DNA of 54,367 nt from Octopus bimaculoides (GCF_001194135.2 NC_068982.1:103003025-103057391); one strand, 5' to 3'. Positions 35,886 through 48,745 are shown, counted from the stretch's first letter. A program made the numbers and translations. The notes: a model not told the origin generated them from the letters alone.

Positions 35886-37109
35886 TTTTGGGGCGGGGCG
35901 GGGGCAGTATCTTATTGTGTCTCATTTGTGCTTCGTAGAAAGTTAACAGTTGTTCAAAGAAAAAGTATTTATGGACTCTGAAGACGAAGACTAAATAATA
36001 TACCAGGTTCATTAATTTCTAATTATAACTTTTTAACTCTTATTTGCAATTGTATTATCCAAAATATTCATAAAAATATTTGTTTTTATTGCTTTAACTT
36101 AGCACATCACAACTGTTGCAATAAGACTGAAATTCCTGTTTCTATGAATTGAATAACGTGACTATATTCTTACCTTATTTCAAACACATTTCATACGTAC
36201 ACTACTTTTATTTTTAACATTGCCAGTATAGTTTTAAAAAGTTATGATAATGTTAATTTTTCTTTATTCAGATTAGAGTATTAAAGTTGGTGTTAATTAC
36301 TAACCCAAAGCTAATGTTTTCAAATCTTTCTACTGAGCAAGTGATATAACAAACCTCAGTCAAACATTCTCTACTTGGTTATGTGATTGTCATCTCTTAC
36401 ACTATTTTCCAATAAATCCATGTAGCTGTTAGCATCCAACTCATGTTAACATGATACAACTATATATAACACATCACCTAGTTTAATAATATCATCTGGT
36501 CTTTAAATGTTTTTTGCAGACTCACTCTTTGCAAGCATTTGGACCAAACCCTTGTTTCCCCCCACCTACCTTATTTCCCCCCTACTCCCATCCTCAAGCC
36601 TACTGTAAATGTTCGGGATGGGCAGCAGTGGCATAAATCTCACCAATTTGAAAGAGCCTGCAAAGGTCTTGACTAACTTATTTACAAAAAAAAATTCTTT
36701 CTTTAGATCATTAGAAAAAAACATTATCTCATACCAATTTCATAGGAGTTACTAATCTACACTCTATATTTTAAGAGTTACTTGAAGAACAGCCTGAAAA
36801 GTTTAGCTATTCACTTTCTCTCTAAAGGACCAAGAAACAGCTTGGTCTTATTCACTCTCTTTCCATATGTTTAAGTTTCAGTTTTTAGGTTTTGAAGTAA
36901 TTTTGTAATAGATGCTAAATTGCCTACAATTAGAACCTTGCATATGACTTGTTCAGGAATGTATTGGACCTAAGTGGTAAATACTCAGGTATTCAATGTC
37001 CTTAATTTTAATGTTATTTTTAGGCCTCATCATCTGTATCTTCATAAAAATATTTCTAGTGACATATGACTTATAGAAGTAAATACCTTCCTAAAGTATC
37101 TAATTGGTT

Positions 37110-37285
37110 CACTTTTAAGCATTCTAACTGTTCATATCCAGCCCAGATCTGGACTCTCTCACCTTTCCTACAATGTATGTCATTATGGAAATATACAATC
37201 TCATCATTAAAATCTCAAAGGTATGAGATAACGCACGATTAATTCAAAAGAATGTGAATAAATAAGCATTAAGTTAGATACAAGA
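37110..37285 (-). mobile_element. Degenerate copy of the piggyBac-like MITE
   Basis: Reverse complement of 43797-44030; another fragment at ~205-262. Confidence 0.55.
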
Positions 37286-37814
37286 GTTTCTTGCTTTCCA
37301 TCAGCTACACTTAAATAATTACCATATTTTTAAAACAAGCGCTTCTGTTCATATATGAATCCTATCAATTTGATATGTTATATATAATATGTCCACTCAA
37401 ATTTTTTTTTTACTTGGCATGCAAACAATTCTGCCAACTCACACATTCCAACTATATTAATAAACTTAATCCTCTAGTCTCAGGACTACCTTTTTCCATA
37501 AGTTACTTGTATCTATTGTCTATTCTTGTGACTTTTGACACTAAAACAGTTTTTCTTTCAGTTACTTAACAAAAGTTCCATGTCTTTATTCTGTTTTTGA
37601 TGAGCACCAAGAACCACTGGAGAATTAGTACACAATCAAGGAACTCTGTGTATTTTACCTCAATCAAATTATCTTGGTGGAACCTATCTTTTCTCGAGCT
37701 ATATTCATAGAAAGATTTAAAATCTTTGCTAAAATTTTTGAAATTATTACTACTTCTGCTGCTTTTGGTAATGAAATGTACCATTGTGATGCATATGAAT
37801 GAAGACAGCTGCAT

Positions 37815-38285
37815 AAAAAAGGGTCAAGCTCTAATTGTGGAGAGTACCCTGTGGAAGGAGTAGACCCTGGAAGACATGTGACAAAGTGGTGAGAAAAGAT
37901 TTTTGGGCACTGGGCCTCACTAAGGAAATGACAAAGGACCATGCGATGTAGCGATTCGCTGTACTTGAGAAGACATGTCAAGTTAAGTATAATTACTGTC
38001 TTCCACACATACAGGCTTGTCTTTTCAGATGCCAGTGCCACATAAAAAGCACCCATGCCAGTGCTGCATTAATGCATCTTTGCCAGTGCTGTATAAATGC
38101 ACTTGTGCTGGTGGCACATAAAAAGCATCCAGCACACTGTTAAGTGGTTGGCATTAGGAAGGGCATCCAGCCATTGAAACCATGCCACAACAGACAGTTG
38201 GAGTCTGGACAGCTCCCTGCTAGCCAGCTCCATGTCAAATTTTCCAACACATGCCAGCATGGAAAGTGGACATTAAATGATGATG
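37815..38285 (+). mobile_element. RTE LINE 3' end plus UTR with (GAT)n tail
   Basis: gtggaaggagtagaccctggaagacatg (GRPRKTW region), then UTR and ...gtggacattaaatgatgatgat. Confidence 0.75.
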
Positions 38286-38829
38286 ATCATCATCATATCA
38301 AGGTACCTATTGCAGTTAGGGTAATTGGTCAATGGGTTAAATGTCTTAAGTGTCACAGATGCAGTGCTATGACAGTTATAAGAATACAAACTACGAACCA
38401 GTTTCCTTCTTGTTGATAAGCTGGAACTCTAGTCACATTGGACAGCTTTGACACACCTAGAGTCCTTGCCAGTTGCCAGAAAACTTTTGACAAATATGCT
38501 ATGCCATGCTGTAACCTTCTACCGTATTTCTAAATGCTACATAGTCTCATGATTTGCTTAATGGAAGCTAAGCTAGAAAGAGTTCATTGACCTCCCCGTT
38601 CATTGTTCGCTATTTATATTTACGCTATGTTATACTGTTACTAAACTGATGAGTGCGGATGTAATCGGTTGAAGGCATTTGGGAGCTGGGCATTCTCGTA
38701 TCCAAGACCTTCTCTTCTATTTTCTACTCGGCATTGCAAGTCTTCAGGTAGTTTATTTTACTTTTGTTTATAATTGCTGTACTACTTCAATTTCTGCCTG
38801 GCTTACACGATAAAGTTTCTGTTAGTAAT

Positions 38830-38956
38830 TTCTTCTGTGACTACTATTATATTTATTATAACTACTAATACAACTGTCGCTGCTGCTAAACTACTACTAT
38901 TACTACCACTGTCACCGCTTCCATATCTAGTAGTAGTAGTAGTTGTTGTTGTTGTT

Positions 38957-38996
<40 letters not shown>

Positions 38997-39660
38997 CACC
39001 ACTGTTACTACCACCACCGCCGCTGCTACCATTTTAATGCCTATTAGCTCTCTCAGCCACTATCACAAATGATCTCTCAGGCTACTCCTTTGTCTACTAC
39101 CAACTCTACTACTTCTGCTATTGCTATATTTTTACTACATCTATCATCATCAGCATAATTAGTATCAGCAATACTAATACAAACATAACTACACCTTGTG
39201 AATGCTTCTACTACCATAACTTATCATCAATAAGCTTCTCTTGCTGCTGCTGTGATTATTATTATTAAAATTATTACTATCAATGCTATTATTATTACTA
39301 TTATAATACTAACTGTTACTACTATCTTAACAGTTATTGTAACTACTACAACCACTACCTGTGCTACTTCTATCAGAACTATATTAACTATTAACTTCAT
39401 TATTACCTTAACTATTATTATATTGGCTTTGATTACTATTACTAACACCTTCATTCCCCCAGAGCTACTAACTACTTTCTTACTACTATTATCACCACTA
39501 CCACCACCACCACCTTTACTACTGTTACCATAACTACTGTCACTGCTTTATTTCTAGGCGATACAATTACATTTTGTCTACTGCTACTATTACTACTACT
39601 ACTACTACTACTAATACTACTACTACTGACAACCGTTATTGCATCAGGTATTGTTGGACT
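38830..39660. repeat. ~830-bp cryptic trinucleotide low-complexity tract (ACT/ATT/AGT/CCA)
   Basis: Period-3 pattern; ORFs are poly-I/T/V. Confidence 0.85.
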
Positions 39661-40315
39661 GATTTTGCATGGTAAAGGCATATATGCCACAACTCAGTAT
39701 CTCTTCTCATCAGTAACTATTAAGATCTCTAGTAAATTTGTCTTTTAAATCTTATTTTTTTATTTTTAGTAATCATTAATTATACTTCTAATTAGTTTCT
39801 TTTTTGTTTTGTTATTTCTAAGTTGGGAATTTACACAACTGAGTCAATACAAGTGGCTATTACGATCCTTGGATAGCTAATATAACATAGATGGTGAAGT
39901 GTTGGGCAGTTCTGGGTTATCTTTCATTTTCTGTATACAAATTCCCCCTGGGTCAAGCTGACTTTGCTTTCTGGTCTTCCTGGGTTGGGAAAATAAATTA
40001 ATGGCAGGTTGGTTGTGTCAGACAACATACTTTGTAACCCAAGTTCAAATCCTGACTTTGTCCCTTTTTTTATTCAGACCTGAATGAAATAAGAACCAGT
40101 CAAGTATTTGAATCTATTAAATTATCTCTATCCCTCCCTGAAAGTTGTTGGCTTTATGCCACTGTTAGAAATAATATTTAGCTTCTTTTATTATGTTTTC
40201 AGTTCAAGTCTTTCAAATAAGCACACATCTATGAAGTCCATCCATCATCTTGATAATAAATTCCACCTGCTCTTTAATTATATAAGTATTATTCAAGTAG
40301 CAAGGTGGATTTAAT

Positions 40316-40570
40316 ATGACCATACTAGATAGCAGCTTTCATTCTTATGTTATAATTGCTTTAGACATTTCTAAAGCATTTGATAAAGTATGGCATAGAG
40401 GATTGCATTATAACCTGACCAGCTATGGCATGCCTGATAGGTCTTTTCCACCATCTTCTTTAATAGGAAGAAGTCTGAAAGTTGTCATCATTTATGATAG
40501 CAATGCAGACATAATTCTGGGACTAATGTTCTTTCCACACTTTAACAATGATTTACCTAACAAATTCATA
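40316..40570 (+). mobile_element. CR1-clade RT fragment
   Basis: IALDISKAFDKVWHRGL and ..FNNDLP motifs. Confidence 0.8.
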
Positions 40571-40589
40571 GGATTCCTAATATCATCCT

Positions 40590-41090
40590 CATCATCATCA
40601 CTTAATGTCTGTTTTCCATGCTGGCATGGATTGGATGGTTTAACAGGAGCTAGCCAGCCAGATAGCTGCCCAGGCTCCAATTGTCTGTTTTAGCATGGTT
40701 TCTACAGCTGGATGTCCTTCCAAACGCCAACCACTTTACAGAGTGTACGGGGTGCTTTTTACATGGCACCAGCATGGGTGCATTATGCATGGTACTGGCA
40801 CAAGTGCTTTATATGTGGCATCAGCATAGGTGCTTTATACATGGCACTGGCACTGGTGCTTTTCACATGGCACCAGCATGGGTGCTTCTTATGTGCAACC
40901 AGCACATGCGAGCCTGCAAGACAAAAACCTCTCAGCTGAGAGAAGGAATGGGGGGCCATGGCCATGAAGGACATACCTGCAGGTATGGATGGCCATGATT
41001 TTATGTAACTTGATGTGTCTTCTCAAGCACAGCAAATTGCCAGAAGTTTCAGTCCTTTGTCATCTCCTCAGTGAGAGCCAATGACTGAAA
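40590..41090 (-). mobile_element. RTE 3' end, second UTR subtype with expanded short repeats
   Basis: 41020-41085 matches the RTE ORF end at 22480-22540; UTR has repeated gtgcttttacatggcaccagc units. Confidence 0.7.
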
Positions 41091-41647
41091 ATACTTTCTC
41101 ACAACTTCATCCCATATCTTTTTGGGTCGTATTTGTTAATAATACTTTACAGCCTCACCTCTCAGAACATTATACAGTCATTAAACTGGAATCATGCAAT
41201 GAGGAAAATAGTGACTTATTACATTTAATGATTAATCTATTTCACAACCATCATGAAATTCATGACCTTCCTATGTCAGCGGATAGGATTATTTTGAAGG
41301 AATTTCTTTGTTTTCATAGGCTTTTAGGTCTTAAATTCACACTAAATTTTATATGAACTCCTACAGTGTGACTATTACCAGTTTGGTGGCTTGAATGGGG
41401 GGAGGGGCTTATTCAGGCATTCAGAGAAGCTCCTAACACCTGAAACTCTATTGTATCTTTACAAAAGCCAGATATACTAAAAAATGGAGTAGTGCTTCCA
41501 CATTTGGACAAGTTTCTACAAACATGTACTGTCCACTCTTGTTAGTGTACAGAATTAAATGCATAGTTTAATTAGTTGTGAACCTTTTTTTTTTCTTTCC
41601 TTTATCACTCAATTGCTTCATCATCAACAGAATATTGTAAGTCTAGG

Positions 41648-42010
41648 TGCAGACATGGCTGTGTGGTTAAGAAGCTTGCTTTGCAAACATGTGGTTTCAG
41701 GTTCAGTCCAACTATGTGACACTTTAGACAAGTGTAATTTATTGTAGCCCTGAACTGACCAGTGCCTTGTGAGTAAATCTGGTAGATGGGAACTGTAGAA
41801 GCCTGTCATATGTGTGTGTGTATATATTTGAGTTAATTTGACAACTGATGTTGGTTTGCTTACATCCCTGTAACTTCTTGGTTTGTCAAAAGAGACTGAT
41901 AGGAAAAGTACTAAACTTTAAAAAGATAGGTACTGGGGTTAATTTTTTTTTTTTAACTAAACCTTCCGAAGTGGTGCCCTAGCTTGGCTACAGACTGAAA
42001 CAAATAAAAA
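41648..42010 (+). mobile_element. OK-type SINE
   Basis: tggctgtgtggttaagaagc...ggttcagtcc head. Confidence 0.75.
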
Positions 42011-42019
42011 TAAGATTAC

Positions 42020-42214
42020 TTCTATGATGGAACATGTTTAGATGAACTTCATTCCTTTGCCTTTCCAGTCTTAGAATTATCCATCAGAATTCAGTCTGCT
42101 ACATTTAGCAAATCTCACTTGTGCTTCCTGTATATATCACAGATATGCTGCCAGTTTCATACAAGTTCCATACACAAATCCCTTCTTCCCTGGAACAGCT
42201 GAATTATGGAAAAT

Positions 42215-42220
<6 letters not shown>
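42020..42220 (+). mobile_element. CR1 3'-terminal fragment
   Basis: ...FFPGTAELWK (SFFPRT..LWN motif). Confidence 0.5.
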
Positions 42221-42277
<57 letters not shown>

Positions 42278-42519
42278 TTGCTACATACAGAACATAACCT
42301 AAATCACTATAAATTCAAGGTTAACAAGTACATTGCCTAATGTTGGTGGTTATATTCAGTACAATATTCTTATTGATTCTTTCATTAACTTCTCATTTTT
42401 CAATTCATTCGCTCATTTGTTGTCATTAAGTTTGCTCTATTTTATTGTCATCTGTTCTTTTATGACCATTTCATCATATTTTATTTAAATCTTTTATCAA
42501 TTATTTTATTACTATATTT

Positions 42520-43050
42520 GATATACTAGCTTCAGTATACTAGTATATCTAGAAGTAACCCTTGATTTCAAGTAAAGCCTTCTCTCCTCAAAAAGGTAAA
42601 AGAGATTGTGCTCTTATATCTTACATTAGAAATCCTTATTAAGGAGCTGGAGATGGCAAAATCATATATGACCTGTTTAGATATTTTATGGTATTTAGTT
42701 TAGTGCTTCGTTATTCTGAGTAAAATCTCCCTGTGGTTAATACAATTTATATCAACAGTATAATGGAGCAAATGGCAAAGTTATCAAATGCAACTTTATG
42801 GGTGGTCTGTAGAAAATATTATGTTGTGCTTTGGGATGTAACACATAATTCTATGCTGTCTTATCTCACCATGCCATGAAGCTTGGACATCAGGCTTTCT
42901 CTAGGAAAGTAAAAGAGAGAGAAAGTAAGAAAGCCCAACTTTAACATACTGACCAAGAGGAGATTTATCTCGTGTGCTTAATGCTACAAAAACAAAAATT
43001 AATCAGAGACCCTATGGATCTCTCAACCAAGAAAAGACCAAGTTTTTAAA
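42520..43050 (+). mobile_element. Very degenerate L1/Tx1-like RT fragment
   Basis: VLLYLTLEILIKELE resembles PLLY.LALEPL.R.LE; later LTMP resembles GLGMP. Confidence 0.35.
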
Positions 43051-43299
43051 GTAATACTGGGTTAATTTGATATATTGCACCCTTGATTTTTTAAATTTTA
43101 TTTACTTTAATTGGGTATCTTGTCAAATGACATCGATAATATTACTAATAGAGTTATTAATATTTCTAAGTCTCTCTAAAGGATTACTAATAACTTAATT
43201 AGAAATAAAGAGTTATATGTATGACCAAGATATGTGGTGCATTGTTACACTCAAGAAGACCTGTCCACCACAACAGAATTGAAATCCTAAAACCAAAGT

Positions 43300-43515
43300 T
43301 CCACATGAAAAGCATTGGTGTGGGTACTGGTGCCACGTAAAAAGTACCCAGTACACTCTGTAAAGTGGTTGGCTTTAGGAAGAGCAACCAGCCATAGAAA
43401 ACAAGCCAAAACAGACTGTAGAACCTGGTACAATCTCTGGCCTTGCCAGTTCCTGTCAAGATGTCTAACCCATGCCAGCATAGAAAATGAATGTTAAGTG
43501 TTGTTGATGATGATA
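43300..43515 (+). mobile_element. RTE 3' tail
   Basis: gtggttggctttaggaagagcaaccagcc...ccatgccagcatagaaaatgaatgttaa. Confidence 0.7.
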
Positions 43516-43796
43516 ACACTATCTCTCCATGTCATAAGAGACAACTAAAAAGATGAGTGACAAGCAAGTCATCAAGCTGTATATTACTGGTCTTAGAAAA
43601 ATGTCTAATACATGCCAGCGTGGAAGAGTAGACAAGATAATGATGATTGTTAAAAATGAAGAACTATTTCTACAACAGATAATAATGATTGCTTCATTAA
43701 CTGAGCAATAGACTTGAGGTTCTACCATATCTAGTTTAGTATCTTGTTTTTACCCCTCAATTACTTTTGTGAGATCAATCAGAAACTGAGGTCAAG

Positions 43797-44030
43797 TTAA
43801 AACTTCTAGCATTCAGATTACTCTGTGAAATGTAATGCTTGTCTATTTACATTGTTTCAATTAATCATGAATTATTTCATAGCTTTGAGATTTCAATGCT
43901 GCAATTGTTTATTTTTAGAACGACATTGTAGGATAGGTGTGAGAGGCTGGGATCTGGCCAGTTGGAACTTAGAACAGGTAGAATATTTGGGCTGAATATG
44001 GCTAGTTTGAATGTTGAAGGGTTGTTAATA
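43797..44030 (+). mobile_element. piggyBac-like MITE, decayed
   Basis: TTAA-AACTTCTAGCATTC ... GAATGTTGAAGGGTT ends, i.e. eroded TTAA-CCCT..AGGG-TTAA. Confidence 0.55.
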
Positions 44031-44195
44031 GATTTAAATGTCCACTGCTCTTTCAAAAGAAGGTTCATGTGCCTAATAAATAAATAATTCTCTTTTCATA
44101 ATATATTGCCTTAGTTATCCAGCCAGTAACAATAAACTTCATAAATGTTTAATGGGCAGTAACCGTTTACTTTTATTACTATAATTATTATTAAT

Positions 44196-44405
44196 GTGGT
44201 GAGCTGGCAGAATCATTAGCACACTGGGCAAAATGCTTGGCAACATTTTGTCCTTCTTTAGGTTCTGAATTTAAATATCAACAAGGTTGATTTTTGCCTT
44301 TCTTCCTTTCAGGGTTGATAAATGAAGTACCAGTGAAACATTGGGGTCTGTGTAATCAACTAGTCCTCCCCCTTGTGCTTATAGTAGAAAGGATTATTAT
44401 TATTA
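44196..44405 (+). mobile_element. (TTA)-family SINE
   Basis: Flanked by (TTA)n on both sides. Confidence 0.8.
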
Positions 44406-45479
44406 TTTTTGTCTGCTATAAACATGTCTCATTAAGCCAATTACTCAGCCTCAACATGGCACTATAGCCATCCCACTATTCTCTTGCATATACACACACA
44501 TACACTTAGGTTCTGAGGTGGTTCTCATCAGTTTATACATCTATTCTTATGAATAACTTTTTATTCTTTACACATCTCACTCACTAAATATATTACGAAA
44601 ATGGTAAAACTAATGTTTCAAATTTATTTAATTGTTATATGTATTCTTCATAAATTTACTGAGTTAATCTGGCTATTTACCACCTGTACTATATGATTTA
44701 CAATATCTAGTTTAGTATCTCTCTATTGTTGCTGCACTCAAGTAGTGATGAGAGTGACTTAATGTCTGTGGAACCAATAAATCAAATGACAGCAATGTAT
44801 TAGTGTTGACTCAATCAACTAAATATATCATTCACTTTTATGAAAACAAAAAAATTAACTTTGTAACTGATGAAAGCTGAAATTCCTATAAGCTAGTGGG
44901 TGGTCCAAAGATTATAACTGAAATAATGGTAAAGCTTATAAAGCTTCTGGAATACATCTGTGAATCAGTTTGAATTATTGTCTGAAGCTGTTTCACTTCA
45001 CTTAGTCTGCTAAAACTCCTGAAATGACATAAATGTCATGATGTCCTGTTTCTCAGTTTTCTGCATTCCAGTCTTAGGTCTCGTCAGATATAACCATTGT
45101 TATAGAGTGGTGGAGTTGACACAGATGTTGAAGCAATTTATTGATTTCTCTTACCTCTTTTATCGGTAAAGATTTAAGAAAAATCACTACCAAAATAATT
45201 TTTGAAAAATATTTTGGTATTTTTAAGCTCATGTCTGATTATTTGTATGTATGCACATGCAGGCACACATGGATGAATGAATGTGTATGTGTGTCTGTGT
45301 GTGTGTGTTTGTATGCATGTCCAAAGTAATATATTTTAGCTCAGAGCTAGTGTCCCAGCTTTAACCAACTCTTCTATTAATACTGCCAATTAATGAAGAA
45401 ATTAGAAGATTGTAACATAGTTGCAGTTCTACAAGATTAGATTTTACTCTACTAGTGGATAGGAGCCATGCCAATGCTT

Positions 45480-45880
45480 ACACAGCTATAGCTGCATAGT
45501 TAAGCAGTTTGCTTCCCAAACATGTGAATTCAGATTCAGTCTCACTGCATGGAACCTTAGGCAAGCATCTGAATCTATAGCTTTATGCTGACCAAAGCTT
45601 CGTGAGTAGATTTGGTAGACTAAAACTGAAAGAAGCCCATTATGTGTGTGTGTGCATGCACATATATATCAAAAAAGGATAAAGATCTTTCCTAAGTCAT
45701 ATAGACACGTAGGCCCATTTTCCATGGCACATATATTTTCCCCCTGGGAAAGCATGAAATGAAATGTTTTGCTCAAGAACACGCATATCACCTGGTCCAG
45801 GTATCAAAAGTACAATCTTACAGTCATGAGTCCAACACCTTAACTACCAAGCCATGTCCCTCCAGACACATATATATATA
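45480..45880 (+). mobile_element. OK-type SINE with alternative 3' half
   Basis: Head and central domain match 53527; 3' part differs. Confidence 0.65.
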
Positions 45881-45908
45881 TATGCATATACATATACGCA
45901 TACATATA

Positions 45909-47171
45909 TTGAGTCATCCCATAAATAATGCAGTTTTTTCAATTTCATAAACTAAAAGTTGGAGTGGGACAGGATAAACTACCTGCATCAACTTACTATA
46001 AAAGCAGGTAGCAATTTTACCTTGTCCTTATTCTTAGTGCAAGTTTTGAAGAGTTCAGTTCGATTTTAAGTTATTTTTTCAAAGCTATAATGGAAGTGAC
46101 AAAGGAGCATATTCAGTACATTTTGCTTTATGAGTTCGATAAAGCTAACAACGCAATGGGAAATGCAAGGAATATTAATGCCATATATGGGGATCAGACA
46201 ATAAGTGTAAGCCAGTGTCAACGGTGGTTCCAGAAATTCCAAGCTGAAAACTACAGCTTACAAGATGAGCCTAGTCCGGGAAGATCTATAGAGCTCAACG
46301 AGGACGTCCTGCAAACCTTGGTAAAACAAAATCTCATTGTAATTGTTGAGTAACTAGCAGAGAAGCTTGGATTTGGTCATTCAACCACTCATCGACACCT
46401 GTGTGCCATCAGAAAAAGTCAACAAATTGGGTCAATGGGTTCCTCGCAAGTTTTCCAAGTCTAATCGCACACACAGAGTGAATGTGTGTTCTTCTTAGCT
46501 ATCACACCTCACGAATGAACTTGTTTTGGACCAAATAGTGACTGGTGATGAGAAATGGGTTCTCTATAAAAATGTCAAGTGATGAAGACAGTGGGTAGGG
46601 AAAGGAGAAACATCAGCACCCCAAGCTAAAGGAGGTCTTCACCCACGTAAGGTCTTATCTGTTTGGTGAGATATGAAAGGTTTAGACCACTTTGAACTTT
46701 TAAACTCAAACCAAATGGTAATAAAGGAGATCTGCTGCAAGCAACTTGAATGGCAACTTCAGTACTAGAAAAAAAACAACCATCTCTGGTTTCAAGATGA
46801 AAGGTGTTCTTCCATCAGGATAGTACTCAGCCACATACAGTGAGGATGACATTCCAAAGGCTGGAACAGTTTGAGTGGGAAACGATACCCCACCTACCGT
46901 ATTCACTGGACATTGCCCCATCTGATTATCATTTATTCTGCAGTTTTCAAAATCATTTGGACGGAGAAAATATGAACTCTGTAGACGAGGTCAGAACAGT
47001 ACTGGAGGAGTATTTTGTCACAGACAAATGAATTTTGAAAAAGGGGCCTTGCAAGTCTACCAGATAGATGGAAGAGTATTGTAGAAAATGAAGGACAGTA
47101 AGAACTTTATCTTAATTTTGAAAAATAAAAGAAGTATAAAAGAAAAGCGCATTATTAATGGGATGACCCAA
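45909..47171 (+). mobile_element. Near full-length mariner (DD34D) transposon with pseudogenised transposase
   Basis: TA flanks at 45907-08 and 47172-73; TIRs TTGAGTCATCCCATAAATAATGC / GCATTATTAATGGGATGACCCAA. Motifs MEVTKEHIQYILLYEF, WVP, TGDEKW, FHQDS.QPH, HLPYSLDIAPSDYHLF; several stops and frameshifts. Confidence 0.93.
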
Positions 47172-47204
47172 TAGGTTTGTGTGTGTGTATGTGAATATAT
47201 ATAT

Positions 47205-47440
47205 TTGTATTTCCCCTTGCCTTGGCATCGCATCATGGTTGTAAATGAGTGTCAGTTATACCTAAGAATGTCAATCATATTCAGTCTTCGAAGAGATACA
47301 TGTCTGGCTTTGGGGGAAATATTATCTTGCTTCTTATCAGGTAAAAGTTAACAACAAGGACATCTAACCATAGAAAAATCTGCCTCAACAAATTCCACCT
47401 GACCCATACAGATATGGAAAACCAAATGTCAAAAAACAGT
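47205..47440 (+). mobile_element. SINE 3' half ending in an RTE-like tail
   Basis: ...aaggacatctaaccatagaaaaatc...acccatacagatatggaaaa parallels the RTE UTR end. Confidence 0.5.
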
Positions 47441-47629
47441 AAAAACTATGATAAATCTATAATTAATGAAACAGGATAAAATCCAGAATTTGAAGAAACT
47501 AATGATGGTCTACATTGACAACAGTTACTCCATAGGAGAGTTTATAGAAGTATTTGCTAAGTTTTGTTGCTGAGAGGCTAGAAGAACCTCATGGTTCAAG
47601 CTCATAACATTCTTAGTTTTTTAGGGTTT

Positions 47630-48060
47630 TTTAAAACTTGTTGGGTTTGGAAGAAGAGGAAATGTGCATGTCCTTTGTAAGCAATGCGGAACCATTGACA
47701 TTCATGCCATTAATGTTCCTCTTAAACCTGTACAAAAAGACTTGAGCAGAAAAGGTGTTACAGAGGGGTGACTTTCTGGAAAGAAGGGTTAGCACAGTAC
47801 CTGAGTTGGGGATTGAACACAACTAGGGTGATGAGAGTTGGGAAGAACAATGGTCCAAGAATGATTGAATGGAGGTAACATCAGTCCAATCATTTCTGAT
47901 GAGCAGAGGCCATTAGAGTAGTGGTAGAAAATGCAGAAAGAGGAGACAGTATGCTTTTGAGCTAGAGGCTGGAGCATGTCTGTGAGTCTGGAGCAACATA
48001 AAGTGTCAGTCACTTGGGTGGCCCTTTTCTGGGTGCAGTCTAAGATGTTTGAGAATGAGG
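47630..48060 (-). mobile_element. CR1-clade LINE 3' end
   Basis: LDCTQKRAT...LTDMLQPLAQKHTVSSFCIFYHY.NGLCSSE matches the CR1 C-terminus. Confidence 0.75.
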
Positions 48061-48149
48061 AAGTTTTTAACACTTTACTTGCAACATAGAATAGACTTAC
48101 AGCATCAACTTATATTCTATATTATATTATATTATATTAAACTTGTCTT

Positions 48150-48745
48150 ATCATCATCATCATTTAATGTCTGCTTTCCATGTTGGCATGGGTTGGATAG
48201 TTTGGCTGAGGACTGGCAAGCCAGTAGGCTGAGCCAGGCTCCAATCTGATCTGGCAAAGTTTCTACAGCTGAATGCCCTTCCTAATACCAACCACTCAGA
48301 GAGTGTAGAGGGTACTTTTTACATGCTGCCAGCAACAGGGCCAGTCAGGCGGTACTGGCTTCGACCATGCTTGAATGGTGCTTTTTATGTGTCACCAGCA
48401 TGGGAGCCAGTCAGGCAGCACTGCCAGATATTTTAAGCATCTCTGCAGTGATTCCTGATGGGCCAGGGGCTTTCCCTGTCTTCATACCCTTAATTGCTTT
48501 ATCTACCAAGGTATTGTCAATTCAGATAGCTGGTCCCTCTGTTGGGTCGACATTTGGCAGACTCTCTTTCTCCCATTCATTCTCTTTATTGAGCAACCTT
48601 TTATAGTGGCATCTCCAAGTCTCTCTCTTTGCAGCCTCATTAAATGCAAGTGAGCCATCATCCATGCAGACACATTTCTCTCCTATTACATCATGATTCT
48701 CTCTCATATACTGTCTTGCCACATGAAACACTCTTATATTTATTA
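48150..48745 (-). mobile_element. Internally deleted RTE element
   Basis: Pre-RT peptide (FHVARQY.RENHDVIGEKCV...TWRCHYKRLLNKENEW...EGPAI) joined at ~48420 directly to the 3' UTR. Confidence 0.75.

Noticed and set aside
44855-44915. CTGATGA-AAGCT...AGCT-A...GTC-CAAAG hammerhead-like string
   Set aside because: The GAAA core is absent at the required position and stem I needs a 3-nt bulge. Similar partial hits at ~38645, ~44525 (minus) and ~52506 also lack proper stems.
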